From Alphaproteobacteria bacterium (GTDB taxonomy: Bacteria; Pseudomonadota; Alphaproteobacteria; MPNO01), in the NCBI GenBank assembly GCA_964291675.2, contig OZ219866.1, positions 1,952,001 through 2,016,000 of the forward strand: a DNA stretch of 64,000 nucleotides, written 5' to 3'. The notes beneath the pieces were generated by a model. It worked only from the letters and a program-made list of their open reading frames with translations, was not told the DNA's origin and ran no database searches. Below, one piece after another: positions 1-7,973 of the stretch. Both the position numbers and the translations under genes were made by a program. How positions within the stretch are numbered: the stretch's first letter is position 1; each line of letters begins with the position of its first letter.

Positions 1-57
1 GAGATTTCTCCGCTTTCGCCGGCGGCGATTTAGCCGAAATGGCGATACGGGCGTTCC

Positions 58-780
58 CTACATCGTCTGGCCCATCGGGTTGACGACGACCAGCTCGGGG
101 CAGGCGTTGGGTGCGGCGCCGGTCGCCTGGACCACCGCGCGGGCGACGTCGGCGGGCTGGAGCGGCGGGTGGTTGCGCGAAGCGTAGGCGGCCAGCACCT
201 CGGGGTGGTCGACCTCGTCCAACAGGCCGGTCTCGACCAGGCCGGGCGCGATCTCGGTGACCTTGATGCCGTGCCCGGCAAGCTCCAGCCGGAGCCCGCG
301 CGAGATGCCGCGCAGCGCGTGCTTGGCCGCGGCGTAGGCGAGCGTGTAGCGGTAGACCCGGTCGCCCAAAATCGAGCCGAGATTGACGATCTGGCCGGTG
401 CCGCGCGCCGCCATGTCGCGCGCCACCAGCCGGGTCAGCACCAGCGGCGCATGCACGTTGATGCGCCACGACTTCTCCCAGTCCGCCGGGTCGCTTTCGA
501 GAAACGGCGCGTGCCGCACCCATCCGACGCTGTTGACCAGCACGTCGACCGGCCGGGCGGCGTCGGCGAGGGCGGCGGCGAAGGCCTCGTCGGCGAGGTC
601 GCCGGCCAGCGTCTCCACGGTCCCCGGCGCGTCGCGGCAATCCGCGGCGAGGGCGGCGAGCCGGTCGGCGTTGCGGCCCGTCGCGACGACCGCCTCGCTC
701 TCGGCCGCGAATGCCCGGGCGATGGCGCCGCCGATCCCGCCGCTCGCTCCGGTGACCAGGACGCGCTTCGCTTCCGCCAT
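58..780 (-). CDS. Short-chain dehydrogenase/reductase (SDR)
   Basis: TGASGGIG Rossmann motif, NLGS, YAAAK catalytic motif; 240 aa. Confidence 0.9.
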   Translation of the reverse strand: MAEAKRVLVTGASGGIGGAIARAFAAESEAVVATGRNADRLAALAADCRDAPGTVETLAGDLADEAFAAALADAARPVDVLVNSVGWVRHAPFLESDPADWEKSWRINVHAPLVLTRLVARDMAARGTGQIVNLGSILGDRVYRYTLAYAAAKHALRGISRGLRLELAGHGIKVTEIAPGLVETGLLDEVDHPEVLAAYASRNHPPLQPADVARAVVQATGAAPNACPELVVVNPMGQTM

Positions 781-798
781 GTGCCGACTCCCGATGGT

Positions 799-845
799 TC
801 CCTACATATTGTATGTCGAGCGACCGCATCGCCCATATATCGTTG
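799..845. promoter_or_regulatory. Tandem NrdR-box-like palindromes, the second overlapping a TTGACA -35 element
   Basis: tccCTACATATTGTat (799-814) and cgcCCATATATCGTtg (830-845), 31 bp apart, resemble acaCwAtATaTwGtgt; TTGACA at 843-848. Confidence 0.45.
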
Positions 846-913
846 ACAGGGGGTTCTCCGGCTGGCATACAGCACCCGCCAAGTGCAAGGACGCGGGTTC
901 GAAATGTCCTGAC

Positions 914-951
914 GGGAAGGCCCGGCGCGGCGACGCGACGGGCCTTTTCCC
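914..951. terminator. Probable (possibly bidirectional) intrinsic terminator
   Basis: gggaaggcccg...cgggccttttccc GC-rich hairpin with a T-run on the + strand. Confidence 0.55.
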
Positions 952-1192
952 TGCGCGGGAGACCGGATTTGCAGGAGTGCGGGGGCCCGAAAAGGGTGGA
1001 GACGCCAGGTGCCTGGACGCGGGGTCCTGCAACGCGCTCCGAGGAACGCTCCTGACGCCTCCCGAACCCGTCCGTTCCGGGGCTTCCCCGCCTCGCGCTC
1101 GGCTGACCCGAAGGCCCTCTTCGCACGCGACCGTTCCGCCTCAGCCCTTCCGGGCTCTCGTGGCCCTCGGACCCGAAGGCCCGTTTCCACAC
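914..1192 (-). ncRNA. Candidate structured non-coding RNA (~280 nt)
   Basis: No credible ORF; the minus strand has a TTGTCA-N17-CTACCG promoter-like element, repeated GGGCC-TTCG-GGTC tetraloop hairpins and a terminal hairpin. Confidence 0.35.
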
Positions 1193-1230
1193 CGATACGG
1201 TAGCCCCCCCTGGCTCCGCGTGACAAACGA

Positions 1231-1327
1231 AAAATCGCCCAAAAAATTTTTTTCTGGGGATTTTTCCGTGGATAAATGGTTGAATTAAAAAGAGTTTTGG
1301 ATAAGTCGGTGGATAACCGGTGGACAG
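1231..1327. promoter_or_regulatory. Cluster of DnaA-box-like 9-mers in an AT-rich tract
   Basis: cGTGGATAA 1267-1275, ttTGGATAA 1296-1304, gGTGGATAA 1308-1316, gGTGGAcAg 1319-1327, all co-oriented; adjacent A6T7 run. Confidence 0.6.
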
Positions 1328-1335
1328 TTGGCCGG

Positions 1336-2928
1336 TCAATCGTCGGCGAGGTCGCGGCGGCGTCCGGCGAGCTTTTCCCCGGTCTCGAAATAGCGCCCGG
1401 TCACCGCGAGCTCGGCCTCCCCGGCGTTCTCCGCCGTCCAGCCGTCGAGCGGGTAGCCGTGCCACGGCGCCCGCAACTCCAGCGGCGGCAGGCCGAGCGC
1501 CCGCCAGCGCGCGAGCGCCGCGGCCATGAAATCCTCGCGCGGCAGCGACACCGGCAGATAGGGGTGTTCGCGGCAGGCGTTGATCAGGATCGACGACGCC
1601 CCCGCGCCGTCGGGATAGGCGAACTGGCGCGCATCGTCCGAGGGCGCGATCGAGGGGTCGAGCCGGGGCACCTTGCCGCGGATCACCTCGGTGTCGCGGT
1701 GCGGCTGCATCGAGTAGGAGAGCGCCCACAGCACCGCGTCCATCGAATCGGGATCGACGTCCGAATCGACGGCGATGAAGATCTTGCCGAGCGAGGGGTC
1801 GAAGGCCGCCGCCGCGCGCAGCGCCTGCCAGGGCTGGCCGAGCTCCGGCCGGTCGAGCTGGATGACGAACAGCATGTTGCAGCTCGCCATCTCGTGGCAG
1901 GCGACCTTGCTCACCGAGGGGATGTTGCACGCCCCCCTGAGGTGGTTGAGATAGATCGCGTCGAACGCCGCCTTGCGGATCACCGTGCTCTCGCTCGGCG
2001 GGAACTCGCTGATGATCCCCTGGTAGACCGGGTTCGCACGGTGGGCGATCGCGGTGACCTCCAGCACCTTTTCCATCTTGCGCGGGCCGAGATAGCCCGA
2101 CGCCTCGCCGAACGGCGCCTCGGGCTCCAGGAAATCGGTGCGGATGCGCCCCTCGATGACGATCTCCGCCGCCGCGGGCACCCGGACGTCCACGGTCTCG
2201 GCCCGGACGGTCTCGATCGGGGCGCCGTTGAGCGCGCCGGCGATGCCGTACTCGTCGACCCCGTAGGGCACCTTGCTGGCGGCGGCGAACAGCAGCGTCG
2301 GCGGGCCGCCGATGAACACCGCCACCTCCAGGTGCCGGCCGAGGCGCCGCGCCTTCTCCCACTGGATCGCGAGATGCTGGGTCGACACGTCGGTTGCGCA
2401 GCCCACCCGGTCCGGCGCCTTGATCATGCCCCGGTAGATGCCGAGATTGTAGGCCCCGGTCTCGGGGTCGCGCGTCGCCCAGACGCCGGCGGTGATGAAC
2501 GGCGCCGGATCGAACCCCGGCGTCGAGATCAGATGCGGGAAGAGGTCCACCCCGTCGCCGAGCCCGGGCGCCCGGATCACAATCTCCTTGACCGGCGCCG
2601 CCTCGACCTCGACCGGGGGAAGGTGGTTGCCCTCGACGGCGGCCCATCTGGCGGCGATCCCGTCGGCGTCCGTCCCCAGCGCCGCGCCGTAGATCTCGCG
2701 CGAGCTGCCGAGCGTCCCCAGCACCACCGAGCCGGGATAGCGCCGCCCGCGCGGATCGGTCACGCTGCGGAACCAGAACGCCCTGCGCGCCGCCTCCGGC
2801 AGGCCGCGGAACTGGAGGCGGACCAGCGGCACCAGCTCGGTGTCCTTGCAGACCGGCTCGTCGACCGTGTGGAGCAGCCCGCGCTCCTCAAGAGCCGAGA
2901 TGTAGTCCCGGAGGTCCCTGTACGGCAT
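1336..2928 (-). CDS. UbiD-family (prFMN-dependent) decarboxylase
   Basis: MPYRDLRDYI start, NLGIYR, EIVIEG, EPEAPFGE, VDSDVDP motifs; start trimmed to the ATG after the GGAGG-like RBS region. Confidence 0.9.
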   Translation of the reverse strand: MPYRDLRDYISALEERGLLHTVDEPVCKDTELVPLVRLQFRGLPEAARRAFWFRSVTDPRGRRYPGSVVLGTLGSSREIYGAALGTDADGIAARWAAVEGNHLPPVEVEAAPVKEIVIRAPGLGDGVDLFPHLISTPGFDPAPFITAGVWATRDPETGAYNLGIYRGMIKAPDRVGCATDVSTQHLAIQWEKARRLGRHLEVAVFIGGPPTLLFAAASKVPYGVDEYGIAGALNGAPIETVRAETVDVRVPAAAEIVIEGRIRTDFLEPEAPFGEASGYLGPRKMEKVLEVTAIAHRANPVYQGIISEFPPSESTVIRKAAFDAIYLNHLRGACNIPSVSKVACHEMASCNMLFVIQLDRPELGQPWQALRAAAAFDPSLGKIFIAVDSDVDPDSMDAVLWALSYSMQPHRDTEVIRGKVPRLDPSIAPSDDARQFAYPDGAGASSILINACREHPYLPVSLPREDFMAAALARWRALGLPPLELRAPWHGYPLDGWTAENAGEAELAVTGRYFETGEKLAGRRRDLADD

Positions 2929-3054
2929 GGTTCCGCCCCGTTGCTGCCGGCGAGAATTGGATCGCCGCATTATGGTCCGATCCGCCGGCAAGCGGCAGGG
3001 CGGGGCGGTCTCTCGATACGGCCGTCCGCATCTCCCCCCGCCCGCTCCCTCCTT

Positions 3055-3300
3055 CGTCATGGCCGGACTCGATCCGGCCGCCCATGCGGCCCCTCCGCAC
3101 GCAGGACGGTCCGACGGGCGGGCGGCGGCGCCGATGGATGGGGGCTTATACCGAATACGTGACGGGCGGGACGCCAACGACACTTCTTCCGTCATGCCCG
3201 GACTTGATCCGGCCACCCACCGGCGCCGCCACGCCTCCGCACGGCCCGCCGTGCGCGCCGATAGGCCGCATGGGTGCCCGGATCAAGTCCGGGCATGACG
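3055..3300. repeat. Cluster of REP/RPE-like palindromic repeats
   Basis: cgtcatggccggactcgatccggccgccca (3055), cgtcatgcccggacttgatccggccaccca (3190) and an inverted copy tgggtgcccggatcaagtccgggcatgacg ending at 3300. Confidence 0.8.
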
Positions 3301-3418
3301 AGGGGGATGCATGACGGGGGAAAGAGCATGGGACGCGTGGGGTGCGGTTGCGCATGACGAGAGGGGAGACATCGACGAGGAAAAGGCGCGCCAGCGCCGT
3401 AGCGAAGGCCGCGCCGCG

Positions 3419-4285
3419 CTACCCGGCGCACTCCACCAGTCCGAGCATCGCCCGCCCCAGCGGCGTGTCCGGCCGCGCCATGTCCCCCATGATCGAGAAG
3501 TGGTCGTGCCCCTCGGCGGCGAGCAGGGCGACGTCGCAGCCCGCCGCCTCCAGCGCCGCCGCGTAATCCTCCGACTGGCGCCGGAACTCCGCCGACTCCT
3601 TCGCGCCCCAGGCGACCACCACGGGAAGCGGCGCCGCCGGGGGCGGGAGCAGGGCCGGCGAGTTGCGCGCCGCCGTGGCCTCGTCCATAGCGAGGCTCTC
3701 CCGGTGGCTGGTGATCCGCATCGGCGCGAGATCGAACAGCCCGCTCATCGGACACGCGCCCTTCACCAGGTCTTCGGGCACCCCGTACTCCGCGTGCCAG
3801 CCGGGCGCCAGCGCCATCCCGGTCAGATGCCCCCCCGCCGAGCTCCCCGCGACATGGATGCGGTCGGCGTCGATCCCGTAATCCGCCGCGTTCCGATGGA
3901 TCCAGGCGAGCGCGCCGCGCATGTCGGCGACGATTTCGTCCATCCCGCAGCCCGGCGCGAGCCGGTAGTTGATCGCCGCCCAGGCGATCCCCGCGCCGTT
4001 GTAGACCGGGGCCGGGAAGCGGCGGCCGATCTTGTCCCCGCCCACCCAGTAGCCGCCATGGATGTAGACCATGACCGGCGCCGGCCCCGGACCCTCCGCC
4101 GGGAACAGGTCGAGCCGCTGCAGCGGGTCGCGCCCGTAGGCGAGGTCGAGCCGGCCGCGCCCCGCGGCGGTCACCGCGTCGGATGCCTCGCGGTAGCCCT
4201 GCTGGATCGCGTCCACGTCGTCGACGCCGATGGTGGGGTCGTATTGCCTTTCCAGCTCTTCGGCGCTGTAGTGGGGACCGGCCAT
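3419..4285 (-). CDS. Alpha/beta hydrolase, arylformamidase-like
   Basis: HGGYW oxyanion motif, GSSAGGHL nucleophile elbow, GHDHF. Confidence 0.85.
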   Translation of the reverse strand: MAGPHYSAEELERQYDPTIGVDDVDAIQQGYREASDAVTAAGRGRLDLAYGRDPLQRLDLFPAEGPGPAPVMVYIHGGYWVGGDKIGRRFPAPVYNGAGIAWAAINYRLAPGCGMDEIVADMRGALAWIHRNAADYGIDADRIHVAGSSAGGHLTGMALAPGWHAEYGVPEDLVKGACPMSGLFDLAPMRITSHRESLAMDEATAARNSPALLPPPAAPLPVVVAWGAKESAEFRRQSEDYAAALEAAGCDVALLAAEGHDHFSIMGDMARPDTPLGRAMLGLVECAG

Positions 4286-4321
4286 CCGGCGATGCTATCC
4301 GAGCCTGGGAGGGAACGCCAA

Positions 4322-4903
4322 GTGTCCGCGGGTTTCGTCTACCGGCCGCATGTCGCGACCGCCGAAGGGGTGTTCACACCCGATATCGTGCTCGACCGCC
4401 TGGAGGTCGCCGCCGGCAACCGCCGTTTCCCGGTGTCGGTGGAGCGGCTCGTCTGCGGCGACGCGATCGAGGTGGTGGGCGAGGACACGCGGGCTCGCGG
4501 GGCGGTCGCGCTGATCGCCGCCAGCGGCGGCGCGCTGCTCGGCATCGGCTCCGATCACGTCGACGGCGCGCTGGCCCACGACCCCGGGCGGGCCACGCAG
4601 ATCTGCGCCAAGCCGCTGGCGCGCGGCGTCTGGCGCTTCGCCGAAGTAGCCGGCCACCTGGCGGAGATCGTGCTCAGGACCGAAGCGGTCGACGCCGCCG
4701 GGCGGTCGCGCGAGACCGAGACCGCGCTGTCGGCGATCGCCGCCCTGCCCGGGGACGGCGCGGTGCGGCGGGCGACGGCGATCCTCGCCCATCCGGGCGA
4801 CGATGCGGACGCGCTGCCCGGGCCGGCGAGGGTGACCGTCACCCTGGAAGACCGCCGCCTCGCCCGCCGCCTCGCCCACCGCTACGCGGTGCGCGTGCTC
4901 TAG
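4322..4903 (+). CDS. Divergent DUF2848-like protein
   Basis: GIGSDH, ICAKPLARGVWRFAEVAGH and C-terminal LEDRRLARRLAHRY resemble DUF2848; GTG start after GGAGGGA (ATG at 4292 is an alternative). Confidence 0.6.
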   Translation: MSAGFVYRPHVATAEGVFTPDIVLDRLEVAAGNRRFPVSVERLVCGDAIEVVGEDTRARGAVALIAASGGALLGIGSDHVDGALAHDPGRATQICAKPLARGVWRFAEVAGHLAEIVLRTEAVDAAGRSRETETALSAIAALPGDGAVRRATAILAHPGDDADALPGPARVTVTLEDRRLARRLAHRYAVRVL

Positions 4904-6528
4904 CCCGCCTCCGCCCGGGGCAAGGGAGGGCGGCCGCGGATCATGTCGGCGGCCTTCTCGGCCATCATCAGCACGCAGGCGTTGATGTTGCCCGAGACCA
5001 GATCGGGCATCGCCGAGGCGTCGACCACGCGCAGCCCTTCCGCGCCGCGGACGCGGAGCTCGGGATCGAGCACCGCGCCCTCGTCGATCCCCATCCGGCA
5101 GGTGCAGGACGGGTGGTGGGCGGTGATCGCGGTCGCGCGGATCCAGGCGTCGATCTCGGCATCGGTCCTGACCGCCGGGCCCGGCTCGGTCTCCGCCTTG
5201 TGGAAGCGAGCGAGGGCGGGCTGCGCGAACACCTCGCGGGCGGCCCTGACGCCCGCCCGCAGCGTGTCGAGATCCGCCCGGCGCGCGAGAAAGCCGGGCC
5301 GGATGCGGATCGGCGCCGCCGGGTCGGCGGCGCGCAGCCTGACCTCCCCCGTGCTCTCGGGGTGGAGAACCACCGGGCGCATGCCGTACTGGTCGGGCGG
5401 CGCCGGGCGGATGCCCGGCAGCCAGGGGCGCGCGTCGAGCCCGGCGCCGCGGGTGAGGAACTGGATGTCGGGCACGGCGAGCTCCGGCCGCGTCCTGACG
5501 AAGCCGTGCATGCCGTTGGGCAGCCATGTCGCCGGCCCGCTGCCGAAGGCCCAGGCGCGCGCCAGGTTGACCGCCAGCCGGTCGAGGCGGAGCTCGCCGC
5601 GGAAATGCCCGTTGCCGTTTCGCGCGTTCATCAGCTGGACCGCGAGATGGTCCTGCAGGTTGCGCCCGACTCCCGCGAGGTCGAGCGCGACCTCGATCCC
5701 CATCTCGCGCAGATGGCCGGCCGGGCCGATGCCGGACAGCATCAGGAGCTGGGGCGAGTTGAACGCCCCGCCCGACAGCAGAATTTCTCGCTCGGCATAG
5801 GCGATGCGTTGGCGCCCGCCCTGGAGCCAGGCGACGCCGCGCGCCCGCACCCCCTCGAGCGCCACGCGGGTGGCGAGCGCCCCGGTCCTGACGGTGAGGT
5901 TGGGGCGCCGCATCGCCGGCCTGAGCCAGGCCACCGCCGCCGAGCACCGCCGCCCGTCGCGGATCGTCCACTGGCTGCGGCCGAACCCTTCCTGGCGCTC
6001 GCCGTTATAGTCCGGGGTGACGCCGAACCCGGACTCCTCGCCGGCCTCCATCCAGGCGTCGAACAGCGGGTCGCGCGACTTCGAGCGCACCACGCCGAGC
6101 GGGCCTTCCGCGCCGCGCCAGCGGTCGCCGCCCTCCTCCCAGCTCTCGCAGCGCTTGAAATAGGGCAGCACGTCGGCATAGGACCAGCCGGCGCAGCCCT
6201 TCTGCGCCCAGCGGTCGTAGTCGCCCCGGTGGCCGCGCACATAGGCCATGACGTTGATCGAGGACGAGCCGCCGATCACCTTGCCGCGCAGCGCCTCCAT
6301 TTCGCGCCCGTCGAGCCCCGCCTCGGGCTCGCTGTCATAGCCCCAGTCGTGCAGGCGCTCGGCGTGCATCTTGCCGATGCCGATCGGGATGGAGATCAGC
6401 GGGTCGCGGTCGCTCGGCCCCGCCTCCAGCAGCAGCACCCTGACATCTTCGTCCTCGCTCAGCCGGCCGGCGAGCACGCAGCCCGCCGAGCCGGCGCCGA
6501 CGACGATGTAGTCGTAGCTTTCCGCCAT
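4900..6528 (-). CDS. GMC oxidoreductase (choline dehydrogenase-like)
   Basis: YDYIVVGAGSAG, GKVIGGSSSIN, NLQDH, LRVVDAS, SGNINA. Confidence 0.92.
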   Translation of the reverse strand: MAESYDYIVVGAGSAGCVLAGRLSEDEDVRVLLLEAGPSDRDPLISIPIGIGKMHAERLHDWGYDSEPEAGLDGREMEALRGKVIGGSSSINVMAYVRGHRGDYDRWAQKGCAGWSYADVLPYFKRCESWEEGGDRWRGAEGPLGVVRSKSRDPLFDAWMEAGEESGFGVTPDYNGERQEGFGRSQWTIRDGRRCSAAVAWLRPAMRRPNLTVRTGALATRVALEGVRARGVAWLQGGRQRIAYAEREILLSGGAFNSPQLLMLSGIGPAGHLREMGIEVALDLAGVGRNLQDHLAVQLMNARNGNGHFRGELRLDRLAVNLARAWAFGSGPATWLPNGMHGFVRTRPELAVPDIQFLTRGAGLDARPWLPGIRPAPPDQYGMRPVVLHPESTGEVRLRAADPAAPIRIRPGFLARRADLDTLRAGVRAAREVFAQPALARFHKAETEPGPAVRTDAEIDAWIRATAITAHHPSCTCRMGIDEGAVLDPELRVRGAEGLRVVDASAMPDLVSGNINACVLMMAEKAADMIRGRPPLPRAEAG

Positions 6529-6550
6529 GGCCCTTGTCCCGTTGCCTGCA

Positions 6551-6582
6551 CAAAGAAGGGCCGCCCCGTGGGACGGCCCTTC
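6551..6582 (-). terminator. Intrinsic terminator of the sORF/sRNA unit
   Basis: Minus strand GAAGGGCCGTCC-CACG-GGGCGGCCCTTC followed by TTTG. Confidence 0.7.
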
Positions 6583-6623
6583 CATTGTCTAACCGCGGCC
6601 GCGTGCTGGCCGCGAGCGTCGCG

Positions 6624-6695
6624 CTAGGCGACCCAGGACCCCCGAGAGGCGGAGACCCAGGCCACGCACGTCCGCGGTTGGCGACAATGAGACAC
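6624..6695 (-). CDS. Unannotated small ORF (23 aa, MSHCRQPRTCVAWVSASRGSWVA) or coding sRNA
   Basis: GTG start directly after GAAAGGAGGTGATCCA; own promoter-like TTGTCG-N17-CATAAC (6760-6732) and terminator. Confidence 0.55.
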   Translation of the reverse strand: MSHCRQPRTCVAWVSASRGSWVA

Positions 6696-6841
6696 TGGAT
6701 CACCTCCTTTCCGTTGTTGAAATGGCACCCTGTTATGCCGGTTTTCGCTTTCGCCGACAAGTAGACTTTTGCGCGAAGACTTGCCCCGGAGCGCGGGCGA
6801 AAGACATCGCGATCCGGCGCGGCACCGGCCATGCCCTGGCC

Positions 6842-7867
6842 CTACTCCGCCGCCGGGCGCGCCGCCTCGGCGAAATGGGGCATCACCTCGGCGGCGAAGA
6901 GGTCGAGCGAGCGCGCCGATTCCTCGAATGTCAGGTCGCCATAGGCGAAGCGCGACACGAAATAGGTGCAGCCGCTCTCGGCCTGCTGCGCCGCGATCTC
7001 GCCGCGCAGGGTCTCGGGCGAGCCGACGGCGATCACCCCGGTCCGGCGCGCCTCGTCGAAGCTGTCGGGATAGCGCACCGGGTTGGCGCCGAAGGCGCGC
7101 CACAGCCTGGAGAAGCTCGCGAACCAGGACTCGAAGGCCGGCCGGCCGCGCCTCTCCGCCTCGGCGTCGGTCTCGGCGACATAGGTCTGGCGGGTGATTC
7201 CCATCAGCGGCGGCGGCGCCGCGCCGTGGGTCTCCGCCCAGGTCTCGCGGAACGCGTCGATCAGCGGCCGGGCGGCCCCGGCCGGGGCGTTGATGACGAT
7301 GTTCGCCTTCATCCGCGCCGACCACTCGGCCGATTCCCGCGTGCCGGGCCCGTACCACAGCGGCGGGTGCGGCTTCTGGTAGGGGCCGAGCTCCATCGGG
7401 AAGCCGGTATAGCGGAAGCGCCTGCCCGCATGGTCGAGGGTGCGGTTGGCCAGCGCGGCCAGGATCACCTCCAGCGATTCCTCGTAGATCTCGCGCACCT
7501 CGGGGTGGGAGATGCCGAAATGGCCGAGCTCGAGGAACGAGATGCCGCGGCCGATGCCGAGCTGGAACCGGCCCCGCCCGAGATGGTCGAGCATGCAGAT
7601 CTCTTCCGCCAGCCGGACCGGGTCGTAGAGCGGCAGGATGTAGACCAGCGGGCCGAACAGCATGGTCCGGGTGCGCTGGGCGACGGCGGCGAGGAAGATG
7701 CCGGGCGCGGGCGCCATGCCGAGCGGCGTCGCATGGTGCTCCGCCACGTGGTAGCAGTGCAGCCCCGCCGCCTCGTAGCGCTCCACCAACCGGAGGCGGT
7801 CGTCGTAGAGTTCCGACAGCGGGATCTCACGCCCCCGGTCGACGTGGTCGAAGATGCCGAACTTCAT
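6842..7867 (-). CDS. LLM-class (luciferase-like) flavin-dependent oxidoreductase
   Basis: MKFGIF, AEHH, RLAEEICMLDHLGRGR, QKPHPPLW. Confidence 0.92.
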   Translation of the reverse strand: MKFGIFDHVDRGREIPLSELYDDRLRLVERYEAAGLHCYHVAEHHATPLGMAPAPGIFLAAVAQRTRTMLFGPLVYILPLYDPVRLAEEICMLDHLGRGRFQLGIGRGISFLELGHFGISHPEVREIYEESLEVILAALANRTLDHAGRRFRYTGFPMELGPYQKPHPPLWYGPGTRESAEWSARMKANIVINAPAGAARPLIDAFRETWAETHGAAPPPLMGITRQTYVAETDAEAERRGRPAFESWFASFSRLWRAFGANPVRYPDSFDEARRTGVIAVGSPETLRGEIAAQQAESGCTYFVSRFAYGDLTFEESARSLDLFAAEVMPHFAEAARPAAE

Positions 7868-7973
7868 GGGCGCGCCCCGCCCCCCTGTCCCCGGGCGAAG
7901 CCCGACATCGCCCGATCAGCCGGCGCAGCGTGCCCCCGCCGCCCGCGCCTGGCAACCGGCAGCGCCGCAGCGG

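Noticed and set aside
1323-1345. RNase P RNA start (cagttggccgg)
   Set aside because: No GAGGAAAGTCC core follows; the sequence runs into the ubiD-like gene end
3055-3300. CRISPR array
   Set aside because: Repeats are palindromic, in mixed orientation and irregularly spaced, with no cas genes; REP-like
6696-6711. 16S rRNA gene fragment
   Set aside because: Only the terminal 16 nt match and flanking helix 44/45 sequence is absent; better read as an SD on the minus strand
6551-6726. 6S RNA
   Set aside because: Size and rod fold are suggestive, but the 5' end is unpaired, it carries an SD plus ORF, and the usual zapA/ygfA context is absent
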